Of a DNA stretch of 64,000 nucleotides, positions 58,625-64,000 are shown piece by piece. The stretch comes from Eledone cirrhosa (taxonomy: Eukaryota), in the NCBI GenBank assembly GCA_964016885.1, contig OZ024740.1:417136001-417200000 (forward strand). Reading direction: 5' to 3'. Position 1 is the stretch's first letter. Each line of letters begins with the position of its first letter. The notes beneath the pieces are model-generated. The model had not been told where the DNA came from and searched no databases. It saw nothing but the letters and a program-made list of their open reading frames with translations. The position numbers and the translations under genes were made by a program.

Positions 58625-59187
58625 TAACAAAGTGCAGGGCAATAAAGATAGACGGTAGTCACGGAATAGGCAGACCTAGAAAAACCTGGGACGAGCTGAT
58701 AAACTCCGACATCACACACTTACACCTCTCCAAGACAATGTCACTGGACCGAGACCTTTGGCGGTACTCAGTAACAGAGAAGACCCGCCTTACCTAAATA
58801 TATAGTAAAACCTACTCCAGCCAGTAGGCATCTCTAACAAAATACACCCCGTCCCACCACCACCACCCCATCCACACCACCCCGTTCTATGTAAAGTTAT
58901 GTTGGTGCCGCGCCATCCAGGCCGAAACAAATGAGATCGTGTAGGTGTCACGACAAAAAAACACACAGTCCACGCTGTAATGTGGCCGTGTAGGCAACAC
59001 GGTAAAAACCTCCCAGACCCACACTGTAAATGTGGTTGGTGTTAGGAAGGGCATCCAACTGTAGAAAACCTGCCAGACAGTCCTATGCGAGCAAGACAAT
59101 CACTCTTGCCTCAAGTGGGACTACCCCCGTCCAAACCCATGCAAGCGTGGAACACGGACGTTAAACGTTGATGATGATGATGATGAT
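58625..59187 (+). mobile_element. RTE LINE copy 4, 3' fragment
   Basis: Nearly identical to the reverse complement of 26269-26830. Confidence 0.92.
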
Positions 59188-59293
59188 ATATATATATATA
59201 TATATATGTATATACATATACATTTATATATATATACATATATATACATACATATATATATATATATATATGCATATATATATATACATATAG

Positions 59294-59324
<31 letters not shown>

Positions 59325-59419
59325 AGTTTTATACTCTGCAATGTATTGAGTACCTTACTTACTGTGGTTACCTCCGATTCAACCCGGAATAACGTATATA
59401 TATATATATATATATATAT

Positions 59420-60529
59420 ATCATCATCATCATCGTTTAACGTCCATCTTCCACGCTTGCATGGGTTTGGACGGGAGTTTTCCCACTTGAGGCAAGAGTG
59501 GTTGTCTTGCTCGCATAGGACTGTCTGGCGGGTTTTCTACGGCTGGATGCCCTTCCTAACACCGACCACATTTACAGTCTGGACTGGGAGGTTTTTACCG
59601 TGTTACCTACACGGCCACATTACAGCGTGGACTGTGTGTTTTTTTGTCGTGACACCTACACGACCTCATTTGTTTCGGACTGGATGTTGTGGTACCAACA
59701 TAACTTTACATTGAAAGGCGTGGTGTGGATGGGGAAGGGGTAGTGGGACAGGGGTGTATTTTTGTTAGAGGTGCCTACTGACTGTAGTAGGTTTCACTTT
59801 GTACTTAGGTAAGGCGGGTCTTCTGTATTACTGTGTAGCGCCAAAGATCTCGGTCCAGTGATATTGTCTTGGAGAGGTGTAAGTGTGTGAGGTCGGAATT
59901 TATCAAGTCGTCCCAGGTTTTTCTGGGTCTGCCTACTCCGTGGCTACCGTCTATTTTTATTGCCCTGCACTTTTGTATACAGCTGTCGTCTTTCATGCGC
60001 ATCACGTGACCATACCAACGTAGTCTTCTCTCGAGTAAACAACATCTGATCCGTCTTATTTCTAATTTTTCCCTTAGTTTGTTTATGCTTTGCCATTCAC
60101 GTATATTACTATTACACATCCAGCGGAGCATGCAAGCTTCGTTCCTCTCCAGTCTGCGTATATCCTCTGCACACAATGCCCAGGTCTCACTGCCATGTAA
60201 CATTGCTGTTCGTATGCAGGCATCATACAGCCTGCCTTTCATTTTTAGAGAAAACCCTTTAGCGGCTAATAGTAGTATAAGCTCTCTGAACTTTCATCCA
60301 GTTCTGACTCTAGCTACTGTACTTTCAGAGCACCCTCCCCCACTGCTGATTTTGTCACCCAAGTATCGGAAGGTGTCCACTATTTCTATAGAACCATCTG
60401 CATTAGATCATCTGCATATAGGAGTTCCCATGGGCAGCCGGTCTTGAACTCCACTGTTATAGCCTGAAGGGCAATAATAAATAGTAGGGGGCTAAGAACG
60501 GAGCCCTGATGAACACCAACTTTTACGCT
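59420..60529 (-). mobile_element. RTE LINE copy 5, truncated, with an internal deletion
   Basis: 3' UTR and RT C-terminus; about 335 bp missing at about 60402. Confidence 0.92.
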
Positions 60530-60574
60530 TATATATATATATACGCTAATATATATATATATATATATACGCTA

Positions 60575-60605
<31 letters not shown>

Positions 60606-61142
60606 ACATATGTCTCTCTACTACTCATACAAAGATATATCTGATATGTAAATTAAAGTAGGTTTTACACATTAGATATGCAAACATAGTGTTTTACATA
60701 AACATGTAAAATGATATGTTTGTATATATAATCAGAGAAATGTGAAATTAGAATCTAATATGAATAAATGATGGATGGATTCATATGAGAAACACAGCTG
60801 AAACTAATATAAAATGGAACTGAAAATAAAGATCTATCTGTAACAACAGTGAAGTTAGAGGAAGATATGAGTAAGTATAACAATGGAGGAAGATATTAAT
60901 GCTATAACATCTGTTAATAATTCTTGAGGTTTCTTATAAGAGAACAACATAACTGAGAACAAAAAAAAAAAAAATGGAAGCATAGACAAGTTCTAAGAAT
61001 TCTGTATATTTGAATAAGTTTCTCTCTCTCTCTTTCTCTCCATATATATATATATATATATATATTCACAGATTGACTTTGTTAGTTTCAGAAGATCCCG
61101 TTAAGGGTGAAAGCAGCGTTTCTTTGCTTAAACTTTAATCTG

Positions 61143-61189
<47 letters not shown>

Positions 61190-61193
61190 TATA

Positions 61194-61227
<34 letters not shown>

Positions 61228-61233
<6 letters not shown>

Positions 61234-63411
61234 GGGACCAGCAGTGTTAGTTGAAGGTAGTATAATAAGTAAGGCAATCAAAGATATGAAGACGGGTAAG
61301 GCGGCTGGGCCTTCGGAAATAGTTGCTGAGATGCTGAAGGCATCTGGTTCGGTGGGACACACCATGGTCACCCGGATAGTTAACCAAGTCGTACAGAATG
61401 GGGTTGTTCCGAAGGAATGGCGTAGCAGCATCATCGTTAACTGCTATAAGGGAAAAGGAGATGCCCTAGATAGGAGTAACTATAGAGGCATTAAATTAAT
61501 CGACCAGGTCATGAAGGTCACGGAAAAAGTAATAGCGCAACTAATCAGAGAGAGAATTGATCTAGATGAAATGCAGTTCGGGTTTGTGTCAGGCAAAAGT
61601 ACCACAGACGCTCTTTTCATTGTACGACAACTACAGGAGAAGTACCTAGCTAAAAGTAAACCCCTATACTTAGCTTTCGTCGACTTGGAGAAAGCCTTCG
61701 ACAGAGTCCCCCGTTCCATTATCTGGTGGTCTCTTAGAAAACTAGGTGTTGACGAATGGCTTGTGAGAGCTATACAAGCCATGTATAAAGAAACAGTCAG
61801 TAAGGTTAGAATTAACAACGAATATAGTGAAGAGTTTAGCGTAAAAGTTGGTGTCCATCAGGGCTCTGTTCTTAGCCCCCTACTATTTATTATTGCCCTT
61901 CAGGCTATAACAGAGGAGTTCAAGACCGGCTGCCCATGGGAACTCCTATACGCAGATGATCTAACGCTCATAGCTGAATCAATGACCGAACTAGAGAAGA
62001 AATTCCAAACATGGAAGCACGGCCTAGAATCAAAAGGCCTTAAAATTAACCTGGCTAAGACTAAAGTTCTAGTTTGTAGGAAAGAAAATAAGGCGGCGGT
62101 CCCATCTGGGAAATGGCCATGCTCAGTGTGTAGGAAAGGCGTAGGTAGAAACTCCATTTTATGTCCCAAATGCAAAGTATGGGTGCATAAAAGATGTAGT
62201 GGGATCACAGGTAAGCTAACTAAGAACATAGATTTTACATGTGGCCGGTGCTCTGGTGCAATAAGTAGCAGCAAGTGCCCACAAAATACTAGCTCCTTCA
62301 ACTGCGCAGAGGGTTCTATAGAAATAGTGGACAGCTTCCGTTATCTGGGTGACAAAATCAGCAGTGGGGGAGGGTGCTCTGAAAGTACAGTAGCTAGAGT
62401 CAGAACTGGATGGAAAAAGTTCAGAGAGCTTATACCACTATTAGCCGCTAGAGGGTTCTCCCTAAAAATGAAAGGCAGGTTATACGATGCCTGCATACGA
62501 ACAGCAATGCTGCATGGCAGTGAGACCTGGGCATTGTGTGCAGAGGATATACGCAGACTAGAGAGGAACGAAGCTTGCATGCTCCGCTGGATGTGCAATA
62601 GTAATATACGTGAACGGCAAAGCATAAACGAACTAAGGAAAAAATTAGAAATAAGAGGGATCAGATGTTGTTTACTCGAGAGAAGGCTACGTTGGTACGG
62701 TCACGTGATGCGCATGAAAGACGACAGCTGTATAACAAAGTGCAGGGCAATAAAGATAGACGGTAGCCACGGAGTAGGCAGACCCAGAAAAACATGGGAC
62801 GAGCTGATAAATTCCGACCTCACACGCTTACACCTCTCCAAGACAATGTCACTGGACCGAGACCTTTGGCGGTACTCAGTAATAGAGAAGACCCGCCTTA
62901 CCTAAATACAAAGTAAAAACCTACTACAGTCAGTAGGCATCTCTATCAAAACACACCCCCGTCCCACCACCTCCACCCCACCCACACCGCCCCTTTCAAT
63001 GTAAAGTTATGTTGGTCCCACAACATCCAGGCCGAAACAAATGAGATCGTGTAGGTGTCACGACAAAAAACACACAGTCCACGCTGTAAATGTGGCCGTG
63101 TAGGCAACACGGTAAAAACCTCCCAGCCCCACACTGTAAATGTGGTTGGTGTTAGGAAGGGCATCCAGCTGTAGAAAACCCGCCAGACAGTCCACGCTGT
63201 AATGTGGCCGTGTAGGCAACACGGTAAAAACCTCCCAGCCCCACACTGTAAATGTGGTTGGTGTTAGGAAGGGCATCCAACTGTAGAAAACCCGCCAGAC
63301 AGTCCTATGCGAGCAAGACAACCACTCTTGCCTCAAGTGGGAAAACCCCCGTCCAAACCCATGCAAGCGTGGAACACGGACGCTAAACCTGATGATGATG
63401 ATGATGATGAT
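61228..63411 (+). mobile_element. RTE LINE copy 6, 5'-truncated
   Basis: Starts in a TA tract; intact RT; 3' UTR ends in (GAT)n. Confidence 0.95.
61229..62905 (+). CDS. RTE reverse transcriptase, uninterrupted partial ORF (no native start)
   Basis: 553-aa ORF in the track with all RT motifs (YADD) and the C4HC3 insert. Confidence 0.9.
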
Positions 63412-63416
63412 ATATA

Positions 63417-63495
63417 CAGGGAATCCCTAAAAAATGAATACACACTTCAAAAGAAAGATAATCAAAGTATGTATACATTTTTGGGTGACACCCTG
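63417..63495. mobile_element. 79-bp Tc1/mariner-type MITE
   Basis: TA|cagggaatccc...gggtgacaccctg|TA; related left end at about 3930. Confidence 0.7.
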
Positions 63496-63496
63496 T

Positions 63497-63540
<44 letters not shown>

Positions 63541-63544
<4 letters not shown>

Positions 63545-63669
63545 TCATCATTTAACGTCTATCTTCTACGGTAGCATGGGTTTAGATGGGAATTGTGCCA
63601 CTTGAGGCAAGATTGATTGTCTTGCTCGTATAGGACTGTCTGGCAGGTTTTCTACAGCTGGATGCCCTT

Positions 63670-63672
<3 letters not shown>
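63541..63672 (-). mobile_element. RTE 3'-end fragment
   Basis: (cat)n-ttaacgtc...ggatgcccttcct; TA-flanked. Confidence 0.85.
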
Positions 63673-63711
<39 letters not shown>

Positions 63712-63854
63712 CTGGACTGTACACACTACAAAAAAACAAAAAAACAACTACACAACCCACTATATATATATATATATTGGAAAATGTGTGAGAACCTTGG
63801 TACAGTTAGGTATATTTGAAAAAAAGAAAAGAATGACTTCACTTTAGTTGGTAT

Positions 63855-64000
63855 TCTAACAAACTACCTGCAACAGTTGTTAGCTGTCGAGACACTGCAT
63901 CCTTTAAAACCGCCACGCTTCCTGAGATTCACCAACACTACACCTGTCCATACACACACACACATGTATTTCATGACTCATACACAGTTCACTTTCCTGA
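63855..64000 (+). mobile_element. CR1 3' fragment
   Basis: aacaaactacctgc...gacactgcatcc...caacactacacctg matches the reverse complement of about 32410-32572. Confidence 0.78.

Overview
AT-rich, repeat-saturated eukaryotic DNA. The SINE and LINE types and (TA)n density suggest a cephalopod (octopus-like) genome; this is inferred, not verified. Almost all long ORFs in the track are microsatellite artefacts. Real content: (1) at least six copies of one RTE-clade LINE, one near-complete (APE+RT with a single 1-nt frameshift); its RT carries a C4HC3 PHD-like insertion. (2) Two CR1-group LINE families and CRE-clade RT/RLE relics. (3) Two tRNA-derived SINE families, one with interchangeable tails. 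(4) hAT, Tc1/mariner, piggyBac and Helitron-type non-autonomous elements. (5) Several minisatellites. (6) One plausible host terminal exon (54433-54645, minus strand). The most notable unexplained signal is a set of short non-coding foldback or tandem elements in (TA)n tracts, several carrying type I hammerhead ribozyme folds (Penelope-like/retrozyme-like); one is a palindrome with a hammerhead on each strand. A 3.5-kb minisatellite matches the 3' end of an adjacent SINE. All alignments and folds were done by eye; boundaries are approximate unless a TSD is quoted.
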